A stretch of DNA of 62,047 nucleotides, the filler included, from Circinaria calcarea (Eukaryota): NCBI GenBank assembly GCA_051942165.1. It is 26 parts of 26 records of this genome, joined end to end, with 100 filler letters (N's around TTAATTAATTAA, not from the genome) between each part and the next. Parts side by side here need not be neighbours in the genome. Positions count along the whole stretch, not along the records: positions 47,834 to 50,120 come from JAVECS010003695.1; positions 50,221 to 52,506 come from JAVECS010003696.1; positions 52,607 to 54,892 come from JAVECS010003697.1; positions 54,993 to 57,277 come from JAVECS010003698.1; positions 57,378 to 59,662 come from JAVECS010003699.1; positions 59,763 to 62,047 come from JAVECS010003700.1; 20 more parts are not named here. One strand, written 5' to 3'. A program made the position numbers and the translations under genes. Under the pieces are notes generated by a model. The model was given only the letters and a program-made list of their open reading frames with translations, was not told the DNA's origin and did not search any database. Each line of letters begins with the position of its first letter. Positions within the stretch are counted from its first letter, which is position 1. This document shows positions 49,091 through 60,227 of the stretch, piece by piece.

Positions 49091-49320
49091 GCGTGCTCGC
49101 TTTTTATGCTATGGAAAAGGCAACACGCCCCTGGCCTAATCGGGTGCCCTGAAACGAAGAATGAGTGGAAGGGTTTAACTTCGGCGCAAGATTTTCCGAA
49201 CCGAACCAAAATTTTGCGGTGTTCTCACTCTGGCCGCAAAAATTACCTTATTAGGTTTAGCTTATCGCTCAAACGGGCCTAGTTTCTCGCTCAAATAGGA
49301 AAAAATCTACTATATTCAGC
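49091..49320 (+). mobile_element. conserved terminal module (copy B) of an unclassified repeat element, with outer hairpin
   Basis: TGCCCTGAAACGAAGAATGAGTGGAAGGGTT at 49145, collinear with the reverse complement of 34075-34259. Imperfect hairpin gcgtg..cacgc at 49091-49128; internal stem ttttgcgg/ccgcaaaa. Confidence 0.6.
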
Positions 49321-49337
49321 GTAGCGTATTAGCTTTT

Positions 49338-50120
49338 ATGCTGAGCTTATGCTATTTTATGCTTTTTATTATACTATGTTATGCCGCCAGCTATGCTATG
49401 CTGCGTGTTATATTATACTGTATGCTATACTACGTGCTATTTCCATGCTATGCCGCCAGTTATGCTATGCTGCGAGCTATGCTATACTGCATGCTCTTTC
49501 TATACTATACTGCATGCTCTTTCCATGCTATACTGCATGCTCATTCCATGCTATGCTGCATGCTCTTTCCATGCTATGCTGCGTGCTATACTTTATATTA
49601 TGCTGCGTGCTATGCTACGTGCTATTTCTATGCTATGTTGCGAGATATGCTATACTGCGAGATATGCTATACTGCGTGCTATGCTACGTGCTATTTCTAT
49701 ATTATGCTGCGTGCTATGCTATATTGCGTGCTATGCTACGTGCTATTTCTATGCTATACTCCATACTATGCTCCATGCTCTTTCCATGCTATACTCCATA
49801 CTATACTCCATGCTCTTTCCATGCTATGCTCCATACTATGCTCCATGCTCTTTCCATGCTATACTCTATACTATACTCCATGCTCTTTCCATGCTATGCT
49901 CCATGCTATGCTCCATACTATGCTCCACGCTATACTGCATGCTCTTTCCATACTTTACTATATGCTCTTTCCATACTATGCTATATGCTCTTTCCATACT
50001 ATACTGCATGCTCTTTCCATGCTATACTGCATGCTCTTTCCATGCTTTACTATATACTCTTTCCACACTATACTGTATGCTCTTTCCATACTATACTGCA
50101 TGCTCTTTCTATATTATATT
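49338..50120. repeat. composite (CTATG)n-based satellite array with 12-bp and 23-bp units, running off the contig end
   Basis: 23-mers catgctctttccatgctatactg; 12-mers ctatgctccatg / ctatgctgcgtg. Reverse complement of the 33505-34022 units. Confidence 0.95.
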
Positions 50121-50220
50121 NNNNNNNNNNNNNNNNNNNNNNNNNNNNNNNNNNNNNNNNNNNNTTAATTAATTAANNNNNNNNNNNNNNNNNNNNNNNN
50201 NNNNNNNNNNNNNNNNNNNN

Positions 50221-50299
50221 CTTTTGCTTCTTGCCTCCTGTCGCTGCGGGGGCCTGGTCTGCGTGTTAGTCGGGAGGTCGGTCGAGGGGAAGAGGAGGC
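50221..50299. repeat. 79-bp exact duplicate of 51148-51226 (RPS25 intron 1/exon 2)
   Basis: cttttgcttcttgcctcctg...gaggggaagaggaggc is identical at both positions. Confidence 0.9.
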
Positions 50300-50735
50300 T
50301 GTGTGATCAGGCGAGGGAGAGCCGGCCGAAGAGTTGGAAGGATGGGCTTGAGTGAGTTATGGTTATCACGAGATCGGGAATATCGGTGTAACTTCAATAA
50401 GATGAGTTTACATATGCGGCATACATTTACCTTTTGGGACTCGACTAAAGTGGTCCTCGACCTTACGGAGATGTGTTCCTGCTCCGAGATTCCAGCCATG
50501 CAGACATGTTCAATTGCGGCAGGCAAGCCTGTCAAACATCCAGAGTTTGTGAAATGTAGGAGAGGATCCACCATCAACTGTTCAAATAAAGTCAAACCCA
50601 AGGGGTCATCAGAAACAGCCATGAATCCATCTTTAGTCATAAACGGAGCCCATCACATGTAGGCACCTAGTATAAAGGTTGTATGAGTTCACTACAAAAA
50701 GCAAGTCGGAATAAGGAATCTCGACACGAAGGACG

Positions 50736-51241
50736 CTACTCTGCTGCAGTAACAGCCCGAGCTACAGAAAACAGTCAATATTGGCTGCATCTCAGTGTGC
50801 GGCAAAAACATACTGTAGATGCTCAACTTGCTGTGCCCCACCACCTTCTTGATCTGGCCCTTCTCCTCCAAATCATTCAACGCCTTGCGTGCCAGACTTC
50901 CATTGATCTTTAGCCTATCCACCAGCGTGGCCACTGTGATGAGCCGGTAGGACTGCACATCTTTGTAGAGTTTGTCCGAGGTGCCTTTGTCGAGGATGAC
51001 GGCGTGGTTGGCCTTGTCCTTGACTGCAAAAATAGGATTCCAGTCAGTGTCTGACTATTTGTAGTGTACCAGAGAGAATGGATATAGGGTCGTTGTGGTT
51101 GACTGTCGAGTATGGATGGACGTACCCTTTCCCTTCGACCACTTCTTCTTTTGCTTCTTGCCTCCTGTCGCTGCGGGGGCCTGGTCTGCGTGTTAGTCGG
51201 GAGGTCGGTCGAGGGGAAGAGGAGGCATCTGAACGAACCAT
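50736..51241 (-). CDS. RPS25: 40S ribosomal protein S25 (eS25), complete, 4 exons
   Basis: M/APAATGGKKQKKKWSKGK/VKDKANHAVILDKGTSDKLYKDVQSYRLITVATLVDRLKINGSLARKALNDLEEKGQIKKVVGHSKLSIY/TRAVTAAE*. Confidence 0.97.
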
Positions 51242-52102
51242 CTTGATGAGTTGTCTTTTAATATGTGGATGTCACTGAAGTTGGCGCAAGATTTCGGTGG
51301 ACATTTCGGGTGTGGGGGCATGACTAAGCTAGATGTAGCCCTAAAGCGGGCCGAAAGGGCTGGGCTTGCTTTCTTCACACTGGGCATTGAAAGGATCATA
51401 TTCCTATGCTGCAAACAAAATTTGCATGAGATACATATACATGGCCTCCAAGTTTTCAAGGTAGTCTCAAGTTGACGTTCCAAGGTAAACTGCCCTTATC
51501 GTTTTGTGAAATATGTTATTATTTTGAAGCCTACTTCCTTTACGCTCGTGATGCCATTCCTATGCGTTTAATACTCTTTACTACTAGGAAACAAGACTCA
51601 TTGCAGATTCCATTCAAAACATACCCTTCGACCCTCATTCGTTGTCCGGGTGTGGGTGGGCTGAGCCCCATTGGTTGGTAATTTGTTGCTCTGAAGGCGC
51701 AGCGAACAGATTGCATCTATTGGCGATTGAGTATCGAGACATAGATGATTGGTTTGGTGGATGTCTCTAAAGTTGTTATATCACCTACGATGATGCAATA
51801 GCAATCCAACCCACCTTTCCTACGTTTCTCCTTTGGATCTTCTGCTAGTCTTTCATTTCGCTGCGATAAACTCGTGACCGAACCATGTAACGGCCAACTA
51901 GAACACCAACCTCCAACTCCCAAGTAAGGAGGGCTTCCTCTACAGTTGATGTTTGAACGCTAGAGCTCCTCCGCAATCTCTGTAGGATATCATGCTTGAG
52001 TACCCAGTTCTTCAGTGGATCACGCTGGACTGTCACCGCTTTTACCTTCCCCATAATAAGTAATTTAAAATCTTTTGCGGGTCAAAAGACACCTTGCCCG
52101 TC

Positions 52103-52506
52103 ATGGTTAACTGTAAGTCCTTCCATTCGCAGTGTCCTTTCTATTAACACTGACTAGAACATTTCTAGCTACTTTGACCACGCCTCAATCCACAGGCCAG
52201 GCGTTATTTGGTTATACTAATCCGTCGTTGCCCATGGCATGGATAGGCGGCGCTCTTTTCTCCATATCAGTAATTGCACATCTTGTTCAATACTTCAAAA
52301 ACCGTGCATGGTTCATGTACCTCATGCTACTCGGCGTTTGCAGTAAGCTCTCATGCTCTTCTAATATCCGGAAGCCGCTTGCTGACTTCGTCTGTAGTGG
52401 AAGTAGCTGGCTACTGGACGCGGGTCGTTGCCATTAGGAATCCGTCTAATCATGCTGCAACATCAATGACCTATTTGTTTAGCACGTTCGTGGTCAATCC
52501 AATCTG
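52103..52506 (+). CDS. RTA1-like membrane protein, N-terminal exons
   Basis: LFGYTNPSLPMAWIGGALFSISVIAHLVQYFKNRAWFM..GVC/VEVAGYWTR. Confidence 0.75.
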
Positions 52507-52606
52507 NNNNNNNNNNNNNNNNNNNNNNNNNNNNNNNNNNNNNNNNNNNNTTAATTAATTAANNNNNNNNNNNNNNNNNNNNNNNNNNNNNNNNNNNNNN
52601 NNNNNN

Positions 52607-52889
52607 GCCTATCGATGCTTTGGAGTACGAGTGGGATCCCGAGTTGTTCAAGGAAAAACGGAGGTTGTCTCCCAACTCGGCTCTGCATATTGCTGTATAC
52701 CGCGGGGATGAAGAGATGGTTGCCTTTCTTATGCAACGAGGTGCGAACCCCGATGTCAAGAATACTTGGGGCGATTGGCCTACTGAATTGGCGGAAAGGC
52801 TGGCGATTCCAAGGTTCAGGAGGATTGCTGCTATTCTAAGACGAGAGACTCCGGTTGATGAAGAATTAGAAGTTAACAGTGAGGGATAA
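52607..52889 (+). CDS. ankyrin-repeat protein, C-terminal fragment
   Basis: SALHIAVYRGDEEMVAFLMQRGANPDVKNTWGDWPTELA. Confidence 0.85.
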
Positions 52890-52959
52890 GGAATCATGTG
52901 CTATTTATCGGCCTCTTTCAACCTCTATTGAAAAACTTATGTGTGGCCTCAGCTATTGG

Positions 52960-53231
52960 TCTTACATCGCGAGTGGTGAATGGCACCTGCATGCCACAAC
53001 ACGATTTGTTTACCTCGATTGGAAGCACTTTTTACTTCTTTCTGGCTCCCTTTCCTGCCCAGCTCGGCTGCTCTAGGGTCATTGAGAAAGTGAAAGACTG
53101 GTTACCGTATCATGGACTTCGCGAGAGGCGGAGCTGATCTCGCAACCGATCTCCCGTAATGTTATAGCAAGCTTGACGCCAGCAGTCGCAATACCAAAAA
53201 TAGACGCGATGAGCCCAAGTTCAACCATCAT
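52960..53231 (-). pseudogene. relic of a fungal STAND N-terminal (HeLo-like) domain gene
   Basis: MVELGLIASIFGIATAGVKLAITLREIGCEISSASREVHDT, then a frameshift/stop. Confidence 0.5.
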
Positions 53232-53392
53232 AAAAGCAGTAAAGGAACTATTCAGAACGTAGGTCGTCAGTGATACAGCTTAAAGAGATATCTTTCTGTA
53301 GGCTTGGGAGTGGTGAGAAGCAGAAAGCATGAAAAAATATAGAGCATAGATAAAAGGCACCGCATGCTTGACGTAAAGCTGCCAAAAGAACC

Positions 53393-53647
53393 AAGAGTAT
53401 GGAGCACAAGTCATTGGCCACCCCTCATTTATTCCAAGTCCGCTCAGCGCAGGGCAAATTAATAGCACCAGTAAATTACTACTTATCTTGCCAAACTAGC
53501 CGGGACACTCTCAATTCTAGTACTTGCACACCCATGTAAAAAATATCAGCACCCTACGTAATTTACTGGTATTATTTATTAATTTACCCTGCGCTGAGCG
53601 GACGGAAAATGGGGGTAGCCAATGAACGACTTTTGCTCCATACTCTT
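53393..53647. mobile_element. MITE-like element, 255 bp, with about 85-bp imperfect terminal inverted repeats
   Basis: aagagtatggagca..cattggc..gtccgctcagcgcagggcaaattaata..accagtaaattac is mirrored by gtaatttactggt..tattaatttaccctgcgctgagcggac..gccaatg..tgctccatactctt. No clear TSD. Confidence 0.75.
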
Positions 53648-54778
53648 ACGATCAGCTCGGCCGCTCATCGTGTATATTAGGACAAAGCAGAACGGCCGAA
53701 TACCAGGCCAAATAGACGTAGATGCTGTACCTACCTCACGATCTCACCCTCATCCATACCAATGATAGTCTTTGTTGGAGAATATAGAGGATATAGTTAC
53801 TTAGTTTCCAAGAAAACTTCAAAGCTCGCCCTAACAACTACAGCAAGCGGGGTATCAAAAAAACCCCCGAAAAGGCCATTATAATTCCAAAGGTCTAAGT
53901 ATTGTTAGAATTACCAGCCCCAGTACAGTCACCGGGGCCACTCGGACCACTGCAACTAGCCTCTAGGCGATATTCACGCGCATTTTGGCCGTGGACCTTT
54001 TATACCACAAAGTATATAAAAGAAACAAATTCAGGTCGATATATCCTCACCGTTCTATAATGGTGCTCAGAAGTCTTTTCAATCTCTCTAGGGGGCGACG
54101 CTCGGATGGAATGATCCCAACCCTTCACTTCACCGGTATCCTCGTTGCTCTCAGCTCCCTACAGAAACATCTCGATGGGGTTCGGCCAAACTATGATAAA
54201 ACAATGTTGACCGCTCCGACATAGTCCAGTTCGTCCTTCTGACGACCGTGTAAGGCGGTAGCTTTGACATCCCCACTTCATCTTGCAGGGACGTAGGCAG
54301 GCTGTATCTTCTAGCCGATAGGTAATCTCCCTCTCTAGACGTGGATGGGCTTTCGCACGAAAGGAAAATAGACCAAGTGAGATTTTAAATTCTATTGCCG
54401 CAAAGGTCCCGGGTGATAGTCACACCTGTACAGAATATCTCGGGTTTCGAGATGGCGGCAAAGGAGACCCAATGACGAGCTTTTAGGAAAGGGAATAACA
54501 AGATTGGAAACCGGCGAGGATAGCATGATTTCGGATGGAACCACGACCACCGTCTAACGTACAACCAATTGCGCCCTTGTTCAGATCATTGAAGACAGAG
54601 CTCCGCATGACCCGGCTCAGTCAAGCCTCTGCCATAAACAGTTGCTATGTAGCAATGCGCCGCCAGCTTTCTCCGCCAGCTCCGCGCTAAATGCTTCAAC
54701 ATGTGTTGAAATGAGAACGCCTTGGGTATTTATCAGACCTGCCATCGTTCGTTACTTTCATGTATGCATGCTTTCCTT

Positions 54779-54892
54779 CTATGCCAGATAACGGTACGCC
54801 GGTCTCTCAGTATCCTCCTCCCGCTCTAGGTACTCCCGTTCAATCAAGCTTTCGATTCGTTTCTTGACCATGTTGACATCCGGCGAGAATCT
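54779..54892 (-). CDS. cullin (Cul3-like), extreme C-terminus
   Basis: RFSPDVNMVKKRIESLIEREYLEREEDTERPAYRYLA*. Confidence 0.88.
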   Translation of the reverse strand, partial: RFSPDVNMVKKRIESLIEREYLEREEDTERPAYRYLA

Positions 54893-55262
54893 NNNNNNNN
54901 NNNNNNNNNNNNNNNNNNNNNNNNNNNNNNNNNNNNTTAATTAATTAANNNNNNNNNNNNNNNNNNNNNNNNNNNNNNNNNNNNNNNNNNNNGGCTTTGC
55001 AATTTATTATAAATTTATAAGCAAGTTGCAGCGCAAATTGCATAAGTTTACTTTCGTAATAATACATCGCAAAATAGCTATCTAATTACATGCGCTGTCG
55101 CTGCTGCCATAGTAATTACTATGGTAGGAACGATAGAAGCTGGGGTGCGCGAAGTCGAAAAGCGATTTTCCGAAAACAAAAGTTCAAAAAAAAATTTCAA
55201 AAATTTATTGTTGCCGTAAGGTCCATTCATGCCACCGTAATAGGGCTCAACTGCACTCTGCA

Positions 55263-56800
55263 ATGGTAAATAAACGTAACTATCTGGTGACTACGCCGAA
55301 ACCCAAGCCAACATCGACCTCCAAGAAAGCTCCAACCGTTGAATCCACCTTCCAAACCCGTATCAAACCCTCCACACCCCTTACGCAATTAACTATATCA
55401 TCGGCCTCAACGAGAAGTCCATCCTCCAGAGTGTCGGCAGCTCCGACGGCTTCGATTTCCATGACTCTACGGAAAGGGAAGGGAGGGCAGTTGAAAAAGC
55501 GGCAGATTCAAGGGGTGCTAGCTCGATCAACACTCAAGTACGGTGGTGATGTTGTATAAAGACACGCAAGATACATCCGCCACTGTTGACTGTGTGGAGG
55601 ACTGGGAGAATATCCGTAGAATTACCCTGGTATTGGCGGAATATCAGCAGAACAACGTTCAGGTTAGCCTCCGCATGATATATGGAAGTAAGAGCTTCAC
55701 CGACTATTCTTCCCCCTAAACCTCCACCTACTTGCATTCCACCATTCCACCCAGCCAATGTGGAGAAATCGACAAGCATCCTGCACCAATGGGACGCTTG
55801 ATTAAACTCTCTCCCTCCTCTTCTTCTTCCTAGCTCGACAGCAAGCCGAAGGGAGAAAGCAGAAGGAAGAAGAGGTGCGTATCAACAACTAGAAAGTTGA
55901 AGAAGAAACTAGGAGAGGAGCCGGCCCCAGATGAAGAAACGACCAAGGCATAAACTGCTTGAATAATGGAAATGCGACGGTGGAAGGTGTAACCATACGA
56001 CTCAATTTTGCTGACAGTCCTTCAAAGACTGACGGTACTAACTATACGCCGTTTACCCGACATAAAAACGGAGCGGGCTCGGGCTATTGACGTTGCTAAA
56101 ACAACTATAGAAACCCCTGATGGCAGTGAAATGTTAAATATATTCAATGAATGAGGATAACTAGGCAAATAAGAAGAAGAACAAGAAGAGAAAGAAGAGG
56201 AAGAATACTGAAGAAACGGAGGTTACTCGGCCTTTAATTCCGCCAGCTCCAGCAACGCCAATACTTTCATTTCTGCTGTACACTGTTCCTTCCCGTCCTC
56301 CTCAACCTCCGCCGAGTCCGTACTATTACTCTAGTATGGCTAGCATACCCTCTCTTACCACGTACCCTCTACGGCGCTTCCATTCCTCCCATATTGCCCC
56401 AACCCCCTTCAACGTATCAATAATCCCTCATACCGTCTCTTTCTCTTTCTTGTCCACCTCCGAACCTGCGATCTCGTCCTTCCACGGCGGAAGAACGACA
56501 GCAGCGAAGCAGTCCGGTTGTGCTCAATGATGAGGCTAGGGGTCTCATACGAGACTACTTGCCATAGCAGATGCGTCGGTACTCAAGTCAGCAAGAAGAG
56601 CTCGAGGACGGTTGTCAAAAAGTTGAAAACTGAACTTTGAAACATCCACGACTTAGTGAAATGACTAGTCAACACTGCCTGTTCCGGTGTGCTAGGGGAC
56701 AAACTTACCAAAGAGACTAAGTTCGTCCGTGCGCAGCTTTCCACCCCAGCATTCACAAGGGTCACAGGGGGGAGGGGGGAGGGGAGGAACAAAGGAAGCG
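55263..56800. pseudogene. degenerate coding relics of unknown family
   Basis: Stop-interrupted protein-like stretches on both strands (e.g. minus: CFAAVVLPPWKDEI..IWEEWKRRRGYVVREGMLAILE). Confidence 0.25.
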
Positions 56801-57377
56801 TTAGAACGAAGAATAAGCGGAGGTGCGAAGAATAAGCGGAGGTGCAAAATAGGGAGCAGTTTATAATATTGTGGGTATTACGGTTATGCTCCACCGCAAT
56901 ACCCGCCGGTGTTCACCGCAGCACCCAGCCCAGTGCAATAATATCGTGTGCCATCTAGAACCCCAGACGATCTGGCTACTTTGTGTATGGCCGAAACATC
57001 GCTCCAATCATAAGGGGAGAGCCAGAAATAGCAGACATAGCGGGCGAAGGAGTGGAAGAAGAAGGCAGCTCAACATTCGAAGACAACGTGTCCGAAGGGA
57101 GTAGCTGAGGTAAGGAGCGAGGAGAGACTAGTAGTAGAATGGTAAGGAATCACATAATTATGAAGAGATATGTATGGCGTTAGATATAGTATATAGTATA
57201 GTATGTATATAGTGATGCAACTTACTCTTACTATTGACGCTTCCGCTCGTTTCATCCCCACTTCCCCTCCCAATTCTNNNNNNNNNNNNNNNNNNNNNNN
57301 NNNNNNNNNNNNNNNNNNNNNTTAATTAATTAANNNNNNNNNNNNNNNNNNNNNNNNNNNNNNNNNNNNNNNNNNNN

Positions 57378-58523
57378 GATATGTTGTCTTTTTCGTTCAA
57401 TTACTATCTCAGCTCGGCGATCGAGCAAGTCTTGAAGCCTTGGCTAAACGCATAAGAAAGAAATCAGGGGAGTTTGTAAATTTTGCCAGAATCTGGCAGG
57501 TTGTATGCTTGGTTTACCTGAAGGTTTGTTACCCAACAATTCTACCAGTTATGATGTACCGTTTTAGGGAATGATTAACCCTTCACCTAGTTACTGCGCA
57601 ACCAAAACTCCATTCCCGAAGCTCACGAAGAGACGGTCTTCAAAACCATCTCCCACGAGTCCTTCCTCCTCAATACCTCCCGTCTCGAAGCCTGGGCCCT
57701 TACCCCAGACTCCGACACCCCGATGCTCCACCTCCTTCGCGAAGTCATCGAACTCAAGAAACTCAATAGCCATCTCATGAAAACCACACTGATCGACGAC
57801 CTCGTCGGCGACACCTTTGCCCTCCTTTACGAAACCGTCGTCCCGGAGCTCATTGCCAAGTCCAATGATGAAGAGAACAGAGACCGTATGCGAGTTGATC
57901 ACCTACTTATGAATCCTGAAGCCTCTCCCGCCGCTGTCAATGCACCTTTCCCTGCCGCGCCACATGGCCTTGGACCCACGGACCAACCTGCAACAGCACG
58001 CGCACGGCCCAAAGGCGTTGGGAGGCGAGACATCCAGAAGAAAGCGGAGCTCTTGGTCAGCAGATCCGCCGTCCCTCCCGCAACAGCCTCTTCATTGTCC
58101 AAAACTAGCAAGCCACCGACTTCGGTACCGGCGGCCCTTCAGCCCTTTGATATCGGACCCTCGACAGACGCTCCTCCGAACGACGGTGCCATCAAAGAGA
58201 AAGAAGAACCCAGTAGCGTTCCGGGCAGCGTCCACGATAGCGCGGACGACGAGAGCGAGTTGAGCGATATCGAAGAGGAGGCGGAGCGGTCGGAGACGGC
58301 AATGGCGGATCAGAAACCGATGTTTCCGGGGCTGATGGGACGGGCTGAGGCTGGGGGTGTGGAAGAGGATGAGAAATATGACGACGACCAAGAAGGAAGG
58401 GAAAGGGAGGATGAGGATGAAGGGGTGGGGAAGGAACGTGAAGGGGAAAACGAAGATGCCCCGGAGGCTGAGGTTGACGAAGACGTAGAGACGGACCGGT
58501 ACCACGGGAAGAAAGGGGTGTGA
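57378..58523 (+). CDS. HIR3: histone transcription regulator Hir3 (Cabin1-like), C-terminal part
   Basis: LLSQLGDRASLEALAKRIRKKSGEFVNFARIWQVVCLVYLK/LLR, LLREVIELKKLNSHLMKTTLIDDLVGDTFALLYE, EENRDRMRVDHLL, SVHDSADDESELS. Confidence 0.8.
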
Positions 58524-59762
58524 TAGATGGATGAAAATTTGTTTGGCGGGATTCTTTTCTACAAGATGTTGTACCACCACAAAGGCCCTCGAGCGGCATA
58601 TCCCCGAACACGGGAGGGTTTTTCTTCTTCCTTTTTATTCTAGGAAAACGGCCTTGGCTTGGGTCTGGCGTCTGCGTCGGCGTCTTGACTGTATTCTCGG
58701 AGCTAGAGCTAGAGCTAGAGGACAATTATTCCCCCAAAAAGGGAAAGAAAAGGTGAACGAAAGTTACAATACGTATGAGAAATCCCTCATCTCATGCCAC
58801 CGTACGTACGTACGGGGGGTGCTGGAAGATTTGGGGGGGAGACATATGGGGTCGGCTCTCTAGATTTAGAATTTGGATTAGGATTAGAATAGTGGTTCTC
58901 GAAGGGACTAACTATTCCGCAAAGTTTCCTACGAGAAAGATTAAAAGCAAACTTGGGGATCTAGTCTCCGATCTTTACGATGACACGATTTTCAAGGATA
59001 CCTTCTCCCCTTTTTCTCCCCCCCCCTTTCTTTTCTCCGTCGCGAAACCGGAATAATATCTCCTCCTCCCAGTCTACCTAATCCGGTGACTGCGATTCTT
59101 CCCCTTAGGAACCCTCCCGGTTCAATCTACCTCCACCCAATACTTTCTGCGCCTGCAGCAGATAACGAAAACGAGCTCGGAGGCTCCGGGCCCAAAAGTG
59201 TCTAATGCCCCGTGTTGCGGTTCCTCGCTGGCTGGCTGGCTGGCTTTTGACGGGGCGCGGAGGACAATACGGGCACCTACGATTAATGTTGGGTGCACTG
59301 TGCACTCATTGGAAACAAATGGCATGAGCGGCGAAGCTTCCACCGATGTTTGCGCGCAGTAGAGTGCCCCAGCTTATCTGGATTCTTCTCAAGCACTCAC
59401 TCTCACCTCCCCCGCCGCAGGCCCCCTCATCCAATTCTCGTCTCCTCCACCGCTATCTCCGACCCGAAACCCACCCGGCCAAACCGCATGGCTAAACGCC
59501 ACCGTATCCGTATCGATTAAGACCGCCAGATCCTCGCTCTCGGGCGGTAATTGAATGCCATTCCCTGGTTTCGGATACGGAAGCTGTTCTTCGTCTTCAT
59601 AGTAGGTTTCGAGTTCCTCGGGTTCGGGTACGGGTTCGGGGACGGAAGGGGATGGGGTGTAGNNNNNNNNNNNNNNNNNNNNNNNNNNNNNNNNNNNNNN
59701 NNNNNNTTAATTAATTAANNNNNNNNNNNNNNNNNNNNNNNNNNNNNNNNNNNNNNNNNNNN

Positions 59763-60227
59763 TGGACGTAGTCCCTCACGGCAGTCCAGAGTTGTCCTGC
59801 GGCTTCCCTGCCACCTGCTTCACCCTTCTGGATCAGATGATCATCAAAGATCATGCCATCGCCGTCAATGAGGACGAGAACGAAGGCATCTCGCTCCTGG
59901 ATCAATGAGCGCGAGCATATCCAATTGAGCGGGGGGCCACCTACCACCATCGCCTTGACAGTGCGTAACTCATCCTGAAGGTGTAACTCTCGACGCTGGA
60001 CATCTCGATTGAACTGCGATTCACGGGCATGGTCCAATTTTTCTTGCTGATATTCTTGACTTAACGTATCAAGGCGTTTTAATAGGTCCTGCATGGCTGT
60101 CAGCACCCCGTGCAGTTCCTCGCAATGCCATCTCGTAGCAAGATACCTCAATAAGGGTATTTTTAGCATGTTCGGTGCCTCTTAGCTCCTCGTAATATCG
60201 CCGTAAAGTGCTGGTATCCGTATCCAT
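59763..60227 (-). CDS. conserved fungal protein of the CCCH zinc-finger-associated NYN/PIN-like family, N-terminal exons
   Basis: KNTLIE/DLLKRLDTLSQEYQQEKLDHARESQFNRDVQRRE..ERDAFVLVLIDGDGMIFDDHLIQKGEAGGREAA. Confidence 0.7.

Larger units (their letters stand above)
2304..59762. other. 25 artificial 100-nt contig-joining spacers (N44-TTAATTAATTAA-N44); span given is from the first to the last spacer
   Basis: Identical spacers at 2304-2403, 4702-4801, 7098-7197, 9492-9591, 11885-11984, 14278-14377, 16671-16770, 19063-19162, 21454-21553, 23845-23944, 26235-26334, 28625-28724, 31015-31114, 33405-33504, 35794-35893, 38183-38282, 40571-40670, 42959-43058, 45347-45446, 47734-47833, 50121-50220, 52507-52606, 54893-54992, 57278-57377, 59663-59762. 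TTAATTAATTAA gives stops in all six frames. Contig lengths fall steadily from about 2300 to 2285. Confidence 0.98.

Noticed and set aside
49338..50176. Three overlapping 260-276 aa Cys/Tyr/Met-rich ORFs (also 33550-34105)
   Set aside because: By-product of a CTATG-based satellite that lacks stops on one strand; no evidence of coding function.
58092..58725. Long antisense ORFs over HIR3 (and similar ones over other genes)
   Set aside because: Shadow ORFs of GC-rich coding sequence on the opposite strand.
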